A DNA stretch of 63,910 nt, counting the filler, from Thraustochytrium aureum (lineage: Eukaryota): NCBI GenBank assembly GCA_012862495.1. It is 4 parts of 2 records of this genome, joined end to end, with 100 filler letters (N's around TTAATTAATTAA, not from the genome) between each part and the next. Parts side by side here need not be neighbours in the genome. Positions count along the whole stretch, not along the records: positions 1 to 24,183 come from BLSG01000124.1; positions 24,284 to 50,178 come from BLSG01000124.1; 2 more parts are not named here. One strand, written 5' to 3'. The translations under genes were made by a program, and so were the position numbers. Of this stretch, positions 22,979-32,780 are shown piece by piece (positions within the stretch are counted from its first letter, which is position 1; each line of letters opens with the position of its first letter). The notes beneath the pieces were generated by a model. It did not search any database. It saw only the letters and a program-made list of their open reading frames with translations, and was not told the DNA's origin.

Positions 22979-24073
22979 ATGGAGTTTGAATGGGTCCAGA
23001 TGGAGGTCGACGGACGCGACGAGCTGGACGCGCTGCTGCTTGAAAGCGCCCCAGCGCTTGCCGAGGACGAGTTTGCCTTTGGTGAGCTCCCCGTGGAGCT
23101 GCCGCTCGTGGAAGAGGACCGCGTCCAGTCTCGGGCAGCGTTCAGGGACATGATGTTTGACCTCGACGAGGTGATGGACTGCCACGACGAGCAGTTTGAG
23201 TGGGACGAGCCTGTGCGCGTGGAGGCGCAGGCCGTGCTGGTAGACGTCGACAGCGGCGCCCAGGCACTCGTTCGCGCGCTGCGCGAGAGGCAAGAGATTT
23301 GTTTTGCCCTGTCGATGACGCTCGCAAGCCGCCGTGACACCCAGTTCGATCTGATCGCGGCGCAGGGCGCGGCAAGGGCATGCGAGGCGAGCTGGCGGGA
23401 AGAGCTGGCGCTGGCGAGCCCGACGGTGGCGCAAGCCGTGGTTCCGCTCGTCGAGCCATGGATCGAGCGCCTCGTGCAGACAACGCGGGACGGCGCCGCT
23501 CTGGCTCGCGCGTCGTCCCGCACTGCCGTGGAGAACGATGCAGGTCCTGCGGCGCTCGAGCTCCACCCAGTGCACTTTGCCGGGGCCGACCTCCTCGTCG
23601 TGCGCGGCGAAGACCTCCGTCGGTACCTGCGCGCCCGCGCCGAGGCCCACCTCGTCTCCGAGGCGGGGCAGCATGGCGCTGCCGAGGTGGCCTGCAAACA
23701 GGAGGTCGTTCGAGCCATCTGTGAACGGCAGGGAATCAAGTCTTGCAACGGAAAGAACACCGCGCCGCTGCTCAAGCTCAGCGTCTCGGACAAGGACGTG
23801 TCGCTCAAGGCTGTGGAACGCGAGCGGCTTCGCACTATTGAGCGCGTCCTGACAGCCGCCAACGCCCCGCCAGCAGGGCGCGACAACAACGGCCAGATGG
23901 CCCGCGAGGTCTTTGTGTTTCCTTGCCGCGGCGCGGGGGTGGCGCAAGGCCCGCTCTCGTCGTACTTTGACGCTCAGGCTGCTGCGCGAATCAAAGTTCT
24001 GCGCGCCTGGATCGCGAGCCTAGACGTTTGCGCGCAGCTCGAGCTCAAGTTGCGTGTGCTCGCTGCCTGCTGA
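22979..24073 (+). CDS. Hypothetical protein with an acidic N-terminus (364 aa)
   Basis: ORF from ATG 22979 (MEFEWVQMEVDG) with strong G/C third positions, followed by an AT-richer 3' region. Confidence 0.6.
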   Translation: MEFEWVQMEVDGRDELDALLLESAPALAEDEFAFGELPVELPLVEEDRVQSRAAFRDMMFDLDEVMDCHDEQFEWDEPVRVEAQAVLVDVDSGAQALVRALRERQEICFALSMTLASRRDTQFDLIAAQGAARACEASWREELALASPTVAQAVVPLVEPWIERLVQTTRDGAALARASSRTAVENDAGPAALELHPVHFAGADLLVVRGEDLRRYLRARAEAHLVSEAGQHGAAEVACKQEVVRAICERQGIKSCNGKNTAPLLKLSVSDKDVSLKAVERERLRTIERVLTAANAPPAGRDNNGQMAREVFVFPCRGAGVAQGPLSSYFDAQAAARIKVLRAWIASLDVCAQLELKLRVLAAC

Positions 24074-24183
24074 ACGCAGCCGATCTACCCGCCTTGTATT
24101 TACTCGTAACCAGCCCTGTGAAGTATTTTGTCTCCTGCTTTTGGTTCTCATGTCACGAGTCATGTGGTTGGTTGCTCGTGTGG

Positions 24184-24283
24184 NNNNNNNNNNNNNNNNN
24201 NNNNNNNNNNNNNNNNNNNNNNNNNNNTTAATTAATTAANNNNNNNNNNNNNNNNNNNNNNNNNNNNNNNNNNNNNNNNNNNN
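24184..24283. other. Artificial scaffold linker (N44-TTAATTAATTAA-N44)
   Basis: Six-frame stop 12-mer at 24228-24239 inside Ns; the same linker recurs twice more. Confidence 0.95.
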
Positions 24284-24755
24284 GCGGCTGGAGGATCCCT
24301 GGCTTGCCCCCGCAATAATTGGATTGAGGGGGCGGCTTCCGCTGATTTGGCGTGTGCCACCATTTGCCAACTCCAAAACGCAACTTCAAGTTGGCGCACG
24401 CCAGACCTCTTCTGCACTTCTGCGGGGAGCGACTCACCTCCACTCATCAGGCTGTCAGGCTGCCGCTGGCAGGCGCGGATGGCGTGGATTTCTCGTGGCC
24501 CTCACACCAGCCTTGCACCAAGCGACGCCTTGCTCGCACAAAGCGACAAGCATCCCGGCGAAGGGCCGAGAACCGCTGCAAGTGCGGAGAGCCCCTTGCT
24601 GTGGATCGCTGGGGAGCGCGGCAAACCAAATCCAAATCCAAATCCGAGCGCGCCCAAATCCCCAACCCCGGTGCGTGCTCCGAAACCGAAACTCGGAGAA
24701 GGAAAAACGTGTCCATACCGGTACGTGACGTGACGCGGTGACGAGCGCTTCGAAA

Positions 24756-26178
24756 ATGCGAACGCTCGCTCAGGTGCTTGGCGCGGCAGTAGTCGCCTCT
24801 GCCGTTCTCGCGCCCACGGCAGAGGGCCACGCCAAGTTTCACTGCCCGACCCCGCGGTCGCCGCTGTCGGGAATCAAGACGGGTTCGTGCGGCGGATTTC
24901 CGCGTGCTGCACCCGTTGCAACGCTCGCGCCTGGGCCGCAGACGTTTCACTTTGAGGAAACGATCAGCCATGACGGCGCTCCGATGCGCGTGGCGCTTTC
25001 AGTGAACGGGAACGACAACTTTGAGGACTGCATCCTGCTCAACCACATCCCGCACGCCAGGGGCAACACGGGATTTTACTCTGTCACGATTGACATTCCC
25101 AATATTAACTGCCCTTCATGCGCGCTGCAGCTCATCCAAGTGATGACAGACAAGATCCAAACCCCGACTTGCGTGTTCAACCCTGCAGACACGACCAGTT
25201 TCGACAACGGGCAGTGCGGGTCCAACTACTTTAGCTGTGTCGACGTCACAATCACGGGCACCACGGCGATCGCGGACTTCACTTGCCCCCCCGAGCCGGC
25301 CGACTGGCCGAACGCGCTCAAGCCAAAGTACATTTACGATAAAGGCCTCAACGCAGCCTGGAACGTAGACCCCCAAACCACCGTGCGCACCCTCGCCAAT
25401 GTGCCTGCCAAATTCACCACGCTGGCAGGCTACTGCAGTGATCCTGCACGCATCCCACAAAACACGCTGCCTCCCTCGGCCAGCCCCGACACTGGTGGAG
25501 ATACCGGTGGTGGAGGCGATGGCGGGGATGCCGGCGGCGGAGGCGACGGTGGTGATACCGGCGGTGAAGGTGCTGGAGATGGCACTGGCACCGGGAATAC
25601 TGCAGGAGAGCAGACGGAACCCACTGACGCCGAGGAAAAAGGCGATGATGTTGTGATCTACGCCGGGGTCGGCGGCGCGCTCGCCGTTGTTGGAATCGCT
25701 GGTTTTGCATACTCGCGCAGGTTCCGGTCCGCTGGCGATGGTGGGCCCGCCCAAGGCTACTCGGTTGGTACGGGTCCTGGCGATGGTGGGGCGCAAGGCT
25801 ACTCGATTGGTATGGGTGGCCAGAAGCACCGTGGNNNNNNNNNNNNNNNNNNNNNNNNNNNNNNNNNNNNNNNNNNNNNNNNNNNNNNNNNNNNNNNNNN
25901 NNNNNNNNNNNNNNNNNNNNNNNNNNNNNNNNNNNNNNNNNNNNNNNNNNNNNNNNNNNNNNNNNNNNNNNNNNNNNNNNNNNNNNNNNNNNNNNNNNNN
26001 NNNNNNNNNNNNNNNNNNNNNNNNNNNNNNNNNNNNNNNNNNNNNNNNNNNNNNNNNNNNNNNNNNNNNNNNNNNNNNNNNNNNNNNNNNNNNNNNNNNN
26101 NNNNNNNNNNNNNNNNNNNNNNNNNNNNNNNNNNNNNNNNNNNNNNNNNNTATGCCGTCGCACATGCCCGACCTCTAG
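24756..26178 (+). CDS. Secreted, type I membrane-anchored histidine-brace (LPMO-like) protein, paralog 2; tail interrupted by a gap
   Basis: Signal peptide ends AEG|H25 (CAC at 24828). HAKFHCPTPR..GIKTGSCG, EETISHDG, PNINCPSCALQLIQVMTDK, NYFSCVDVTI. Gly/Asp linker, TM (VVIYAGVGGALAVVGIAGFAY-SRR). After the gap, MPSHMPDL-TAG resembles the paralog 1 end SMPPI. Confidence 0.78.
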
Positions 26179-27206
26179 CTGAGCAGAGGAGCAGTCAAAG
26201 CCAAGGGGCTCGGTCCGCCTGTTCGGTGCGCCTCGTCGGCCAGGCGCGGCGAACCCCCCAGTCGTTTGCCCGCCATGCCTGTTTGCTGCAAGCAGGGTCC
26301 TGCACTTGGCTCTTGTCGAGAGTGGCGCGATGGTGTGCCATCCCCAAATGTGTCATAGCTAGCTAGCTCTAGAGAGGAGAGAACACCGTCCCAAGCAACT
26401 TGATCTACCGCTTGACATCCTCGAGGCCCAACCTCCACCGCCTTGACGGCCTAGATTCCCTCCCACGCAAGGGACCAAAGGGGCTGATTCTTCGCATGCC
26501 TTGTCCCGCCTTGCGTCATTGCAAGGCGCAGCAGCTGAGCCTTCAACGCAGTATCGCCCCGAGTCGAGCCTCGAGCCTCACCATGGCCTGAAACCCTCTA
26601 CAAATCGTGGCAACTCGGCACCCTTTGCCCTGCACGAGAAACTGGTCCGTTTCCCGCACGTGCGCAGCAGGAGCAGTTCGCTCGAGCGAGTCGGACACTC
26701 TCCTCACCTGTTCGAGCCGCGTAAGTTGGCCGAGTCGTAACGAGGTCAACGGATAGGATACCGCTAGGCGCGTTAAACGACGAACGGATGCGGCGGTAGC
26801 GCGTTCAAGACCGCCGACGCCCGCGTGAGTGGCTTCGGAATGAAACGCCCCAGGCAGTGGAGCGGAAGAAATGCTTTTTTCCATGCGCTGCTTGCTTTCC
26901 AGCTCGGCGTCGCTTGCGGGGGCGCTCGTTGCTTCTCTGATGGGCGAGAGCTCCGGGCGATGGCCTCCCTCGAGAGCGCTCTGAACCGGAATGTCAAAAA
27001 GGCGACGCGGAGAAGTGGCGCAGAGCGGGCCATGAGAGGCAGGTCCGCTTGTTGACTTGCGCAACGTCATAGAGGAGTTGTCGTTCCTGTTCATCGGTTT
27101 CTTTCAAGAACATAAAACTCTCTCGCCGTCGTGGTCGGTGCCGAACGCAAGGAGCACTGCCTGGTGCAATCGCGATCGCTCATCAGCGATCGAGCAAGGG
27201 CAACGA

Positions 27207-29180
27207 ATGGAGCCAGAGCGCGCCAAACCGAGCGGCGCAACCCTGGCGACAGGCTCGGCGCCTGCGAAGGCTGCCCCGCCACCGGGTGGGGCGGCGTGGG
27301 CGGCTGGTCGGTCCAAAACGCTCCGCCGTTTGTCGCAAAAGCTCGGCGACCTGGTCGTGCCGCGCAGGTATGTGCCGTTCCTCGGGCACCGCAGGTCCAT
27401 CGTGGCTGTGCTAGCCGACGCAGTGGAGGCCGTGACGCGCAGGACAGAGACCATCCAGCCAGTGCGCGTGGCAATTCCGCGACTCAACCCGACGCCAGTA
27501 CAGTCCACCGACACGCTTGCTGCAAACTATTGTGGACCACGCACTGCCGCGTTCGTCTTTTGGGCCTGCAGCAACGGCGGCACGGCATTCGCTCTGAGCT
27601 TGACCCAGTTTGCCAACATCAGCGCGGTCCTGCACTCGCTATTCGTGGACACCAGCATACACCCGTGGGACATGGTGTTCTTGCTGACCTCCGTCCCGGG
27701 AAACCTTGTTCTCATCCTGTTGCTCAATCGAACCCTTTTGTGGATGCTCATCAGCAAGTTTGAGTGCAAGTTTGTGCTACTCAACATCGCGGTGTTTCAT
27801 GTGCTCGCTCACCACCTCTTCCCGACGCAGCGCCTCATGCTGGCTTCTATTGGCGTCACGGCGGCAGTGGGGGTATTCTATGATGCCCTGCCGGCCGGCA
27901 TTCGGCACCGCGTATCGGTATTAACGCTCACCATTGGAAGCTTGTTTTACGCGCTGACGATCCTCGGGATTTTCTTCAGGTTCATCTCGAACCCTATTCT
28001 GGAGCGGCAAGAGACAGTTCTTGTCTTTGGGGCCTTCCAAGTCTCCCCGCAAGACCGCCTCAACCTGGCCGCGCTCAACATCCTCATCTTTTTCTCAAAG
28101 TTCCTCGTCAACGCTCTGCGAAGCAGCGACATGCTTGCGGCACTAAAGTCAAACGTCGTCACCGAGAAGCATGCCGAGGAAATGGCGGACGTCATCAAGT
28201 CTGTTGCGGCTGTTGCGCAAGCGTCACACGGCAAGGAGGCTGCTGTGGCGCAGCAGCACAAAATAAATCTGCGCCTCTCCGCCGTGTTTGGGGGGGACAG
28301 CAACTATGTACGTGTGGTGTACCCGACTATGGTTCCTTTCGTGATTCGGCGCTCCGATACAGTTTTGGCGCGGCTTGCTGGGGAGCGGGCCAGCGAGTTT
28401 TGCTTCAGGTTGTTCAGCCACCGGGTTGGAGGCACGCTTGTTCTCCTGAGCTGGTTGCTCGGGCTGGCGAGCTGTATTTACGCCTTTCATCACGGAGCCA
28501 GCGTGCGCCTGGTCGTGCTGCTCGCTTTTGCGCAGATTCCCAACGCAGTCTTCGGGTTTGGCATGTGCAACATCGTGATTATCAAAAAGGTCGTGGAGCG
28601 TTTTGAGACCAAGTTTGTCATCGGTAATGTGGTTGTGCTCCACGGAATCCTATTCATTCTCATCAAGGATCCGACGCTCATCGTCGGCGGCGTGGTGACG
28701 ATGTGCACGATGAGCATGAGCGTGTTTTTTGACGCAGTTCCGGAGGTGTTCCGTCGCCGCGGCATGCTTGTTAACATTGTTGGTGGCCTTGCCTATCTAA
28801 TCGCGCTTGGCTGCGGCTTGCAATTTGGCTGGCACAGCTTTCCAGACACCGAGTTTGTGGTATTTACGCGCAAGCTGTCCATGCAGAGCCGCGCGCTGAG
28901 CTGCGTCGTCAACCTGACGCTCTACTTTTGCAAATACCTCTACAACGGCCTGGCAGACCCTGAAAGCTACACGCTTTTGAAGTCAGACGTGCGGTCCAGG
29001 CGGGTGTTGGGCTCTGTTGGAAGCGTGCTGGAGTCGCTTCCCGAGGCCAGAGCAGTGGGTAAGCGGTTGCTCGCAAAGCAATGCGCTGCCCCGCCGGGGC
29101 GCGCGACTGTGAACCAAGTTCACCCAGTGGACCTCGCGATGGCGGAAACGGCACAGGTATTGAGAATGCAGCCTTTCTGA
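27207..29180 (+). CDS. Multi-pass membrane protein of unknown function built from two homologous halves
   Basis: Many hydrophobic helices. Repeated motifs: NRTLLWMLISKFECKFVLLN / NIVIIKKVVERFETKFVIGN, VFYDALP / VFFDAVP, NILIFFSKFLVN / NLTLYFCKYLYN, LKSNV / LKSDV. Confidence 0.8.
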   Translation: MEPERAKPSGATLATGSAPAKAAPPPGGAAWAAGRSKTLRRLSQKLGDLVVPRRYVPFLGHRRSIVAVLADAVEAVTRRTETIQPVRVAIPRLNPTPVQSTDTLAANYCGPRTAAFVFWACSNGGTAFALSLTQFANISAVLHSLFVDTSIHPWDMVFLLTSVPGNLVLILLLNRTLLWMLISKFECKFVLLNIAVFHVLAHHLFPTQRLMLASIGVTAAVGVFYDALPAGIRHRVSVLTLTIGSLFYALTILGIFFRFISNPILERQETVLVFGAFQVSPQDRLNLAALNILIFFSKFLVNALRSSDMLAALKSNVVTEKHAEEMADVIKSVAAVAQASHGKEAAVAQQHKINLRLSAVFGGDSNYVRVVYPTMVPFVIRRSDTVLARLAGERASEFCFRLFSHRVGGTLVLLSWLLGLASCIYAFHHGASVRLVVLLAFAQIPNAVFGFGMCNIVIIKKVVERFETKFVIGNVVVLHGILFILIKDPTLIVGGVVTMCTMSMSVFFDAVPEVFRRRGMLVNIVGGLAYLIALGCGLQFGWHSFPDTEFVVFTRKLSMQSRALSCVVNLTLYFCKYLYNGLADPESYTLLKSDVRSRRVLGSVGSVLESLPEARAVGKRLLAKQCAAPPGRATVNQVHPVDLAMAETAQVLRMQPF

Positions 29181-29679
29181 GGCAACCTCTCTACGCTAGA
29201 GCTGGAGCTGGAGCTCTNNNNNNNNNNNNNNNNNNNNNNNNNNNNNNNNNNNNNNNNNNNNNNNNNNNNNNNNNNNNNNNNNNNNNNNNNNNNNNNNNNN
29301 NNNNNNNNNNNNNNNNNNNNNNNNNNNNNNNNNNNNNNNNNNNNNNNNNNNNNNNNNNNNNNNNNNNNNNNNNNNNNNNNNNNNNNNNNNNNNNNNNNNN
29401 NNNNNNNNNNNNNNNNNNNNNNNNNNNNNNNNNNNNNNNNNNNNNNNNNNNNNNNNNNNNNNNNNNNNNNNNNNNNNNNNNNNNNNNNNNNNNNNNNNNN
29501 NNNNNNNNNNNNNNNNNNNNNNNNNNNNNNNNNACCAGAAGAACGCTCGCTGGCCAAGCAAGGCCGGCCTGCGCTGCCTGCCCTGTTGCGAGGCTCCACT
29601 GTTGGCCCCATCCATGTGCGCCGATAGCATCCGTATTGTCTTCGCGGTAGACGCCACTCACAGTTCCGCCATACCGGGA

Positions 29680-30591
29680 CTAGATCTCAGTCGCAGCATT
29701 CGCATTCGGTGATGCGCCCGAGCCCGAGCTCGATCCGCTCAGCCGCGCACCACCCGATCCCTTGCCCTGACCAGCTGACGCGTTGCGAGAAGCGTAGTAT
29801 GACCAGGTCGCGCCTACAGCCACGGCAAGCAGCATCGGCGCGAAAAGGAGCATCAACGCCCAGCCCACGACGCTAAACGACCATGGCAAGTCGTCATAAT
29901 TCGGGTTGTGCGTGGGAACCAGCGTCAAGGGGGCCTCCGTCCCGTTAAACTCGGCCGTGTCAATCGGTTTGTAGACCGGATACGTGTGGCAGGTGAAGTC
30001 TCCGCTCTGGTTGGACGCGAAGATGCGCCCGACGATGTTAAAGTAGGAGACAGTCATAATGATGCCGTGCGCCGCCTTGTAGGAGAAGAAACGCTGTTTG
30101 AAGTTGCGCGCTGCGAGCAGCGCGTCGCGCTCCTCTGCCATCACGTCCTCGAGGTCCTCGTTCACGCCGAGGCCAGCCTTCTTGATTCGCTCTTGGGTGG
30201 CGCGGAGAATGCGCCGGCTCAGCTGCGCTTGATGAAAGTTGATGATAATCCACGCCACACACATCCCCCCGAGGACCCAAAGGAAGGACCAGAGGACCGC
30301 AGAAGGCAAGCCCGTGTTGTTAATGAGCAGAGACGTCGCGGTGCACCAAAGCATGCTGATGATGTACGAGCGGCCGAACCACTTGTGCGTCCACTTGGCC
30401 TTATTGTACACGCGCGTAATGAAAGCGCAGAGCCCGGTCAAGGCCACCATGTAGGCGAAGAAGATGTGGATAAAGTAGAACGCGCGCACGCACGAGTACT
30501 TGTCGTACGTGTATGTGTACGTTGGATTGGCGAACGAGTTTTTGGGGTCGTTCGGGTCCAGCTGCGCCAGCGCCGCCGCAAGCGAGTCCAT
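29680..30591 (-). CDS. Multi-pass membrane protein with His-bearing helices, DUF2306-like
   Basis: Clean 303-aa ORF with about 5-6 TM segments. FIHIFFAYMVALTG and WTHKWFGRSYIISM resemble the H...H..GR.Y pattern of DUF2306; a further His in KAAHGIIMTV. Confidence 0.7.
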   Translation of the reverse strand: MDSLAAALAQLDPNDPKNSFANPTYTYTYDKYSCVRAFYFIHIFFAYMVALTGLCAFITRVYNKAKWTHKWFGRSYIISMLWCTATSLLINNTGLPSAVLWSFLWVLGGMCVAWIIINFHQAQLSRRILRATQERIKKAGLGVNEDLEDVMAEERDALLAARNFKQRFFSYKAAHGIIMTVSYFNIVGRIFASNQSGDFTCHTYPVYKPIDTAEFNGTEAPLTLVPTHNPNYDDLPWSFSVVGWALMLLFAPMLLAVAVGATWSYYASRNASAGQGKGSGGARLSGSSSGSGASPNANAATEI

Positions 30592-32780
30592 CGTGTGCGT
30601 GCGCTCCTCCCCTCTCGTCTCTCCGCCCGTGGACAGCCGCAGCCTCTGCTTGCTCAGCCTTTGCTCCCGCTTTCCAAGCCCACGGTTTCACTTCGCCGAC
30701 CAGTTCGGGGACTGCAAATGGTACTCTACTCACCGGTGCGAAGGGGTTTGTTCGGCTCAAGGAGGCGGATCAGCAATCGTCCAGGAAGCAGGTGGCGGTC
30801 ACAACTATCACAACAGCCTGAGCAGCGCACCTGTTCTGAACTGGTGCAGAGCGAGTACTGCCTGCTCAGGCTGTTCCCCATCTCGCACTCGCACCACCGG
30901 AGGAGTGTTTCTTGTCTGTTCGTTTGGACGGAGTTGAAGCTGACACAGAAGAACAGACAGAAGAAAAGAATTTTCAATCAAGAGCAGGTCCTTGAGACCG
31001 TTCATCGTGCCTCGCGCCCGGCTGGCTCCGACGCCGCGCCCGCGCGCCTCCACCGGCAGGGCGCCTGTGCTGGCGCAGCGGCGCGCTGCAACAAAACGTC
31101 ATTCGAGTCCGTGAAGATCTGCTTGCTCAGTTCTTTCCTTTCCACTTGCGCGCTGAAGAGCCCACAAACCAGCCCCAAAGGAACTGGAGTACTTGACTCA
31201 AAACCCAAAGCCTCGAGTTGGACGAATGATGGAGGGGCGACGATGGCCGTGCGATGTTGTCCGCGGCAAGCAAACCGAGTTTGAACTCCTGCTAGTTGGC
31301 CTCCTGCAAGCCACTAACTCCACGCGCGTTGAGGATCACCCGCGGATCGAAAGCCTGCACCGAGCAGCCTCGTGACGGAACAGCCGAAGACAACCCGACG
31401 GAGCCTGCGTGCCATCAGCCTCTCGGTCGACTCGTACAGTAGAACAAAGGCGCCGGCGGCCCGGACGGAATAGGTACGCGGCCCGGAAAACTCAGTTAGG
31501 GTCACGTTCAAACCGCGCGCGGCTCTCCTCTCTTGATTCAAAAACAACAGGCAGGATCTAACCTAAAGCCGCACGTTCGGCAGTATCAGGTGAGCTAGGG
31601 TTGCGGCGGTTGGCCAGAGCGCTCGAGAGATTGCAAGATCCGAAGATAGGCGGCAGACCCGAATTGTGCATTCCATTCACACCCTGCATTGAGCGCGCGC
31701 GCGTGCATCATTGCGTATACCACCCAGGCGAACGAAGCAAGAAACAAGTCGAATCGACGCGGTACCTAAGAGCGACTCCGGTATTCTTTCTTGCTCAGGT
31801 GCCGAGGCAGGGCAGCTCCAAGTGGCTTGAGAGCGAGATCTTGCGTAGCGCTCGCTCGAACTACGCAGCATGCTCGTGGTGCTTCAGCGCGGGAGTCGCG
31901 AGACGCAGGTGGACAGCGCCTCGGTCGTGGGGCCTGGTCCCGGGAGGAAGCGTGTCGCTGCCTGGGCGCCACCAGGTGCTGAAGAGATGACGAGGAATAC
32001 GCTCGGGCTNNNNNNNNNNNNNNNNNNNNNNNNNNNNNNNNNNNNNNNNNNNNNNNNNNNNNNNNNNNNNNNNNNNNNNNNNNNNNNNNNNNNNNNNNNN
32101 NNNNNNNNNNNNNNNNNNNNNNNNNNNNNNNNNNNNNNNNNNNNNNNNNNNNNNNNNNNNNNNNNNNNNNNNNNNNNNNNNNNNNNNNNNNNNNNNNNNN
32201 NNNNNNNNNNNNNNNNNNNNNNNNNNNNNNNNNNNNNNNNNNNNNNNNNNNNNNNNNNNNNNNNNNNNNNNNNNNNNNNNNNNNNNNNNNNNNNNNNNNN
32301 NNNNNNNNNNNNNNNNNNNNNNNNNNNNNNNNNNNNNNNNNNNNNNNNNNNNNNNNNNNNNNNNNNNNNNNNNNNNNNNNNNNNNNNNNNNNNNNNNNNN
32401 NNNNNNNNNNNNNNNNNNNNNNNNNNNNNNNNNNNNNNNNNNNNNNNNNNNNNNNNNNNNNNNNNNNNNNNNNNNNNNNNNNNNNNNNNNNNNNNNNNNN
32501 NNNNNNNNNNNNNNNNNNNNNNNNNNNNNNNNNNNNNNNNNNNNNNNNNNNNNNNNNNNNNNNNNNNNNNNNNNNNNNNNNNNNNNNNNNNNNNNNNNNN
32601 NNNNNNNNNNNNNNNNNNNNNNNNNNNNNNNNNNNNNNNNNNNNNNNNNNNNNNNNNNNNNNNNNNNNNNNNNNNNNNNNNNNNNNNNNNNNNNNNNNNN
32701 NNNNNNNNNNNNNNNNNNNNNNNNNNNNNNNNNNNNNNNNNNNNNNNNNNNNNNNNNNNNNNNNNNNNNNNNNNNNNNNN

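Noticed and set aside
22615..23947. Long antisense and alternative-frame ORFs here and throughout the ORF track
   Set aside because: They shadow better-supported genes and are expected from high GC and G/C third-position bias; many also read through N gaps.
24228..24239. TTAATTAATTAA palindromes as biological elements (also 50223 and 57461)
   Set aside because: Identical 12-mer centred in fixed-length N padding with stops in all six frames; an assembly linker.
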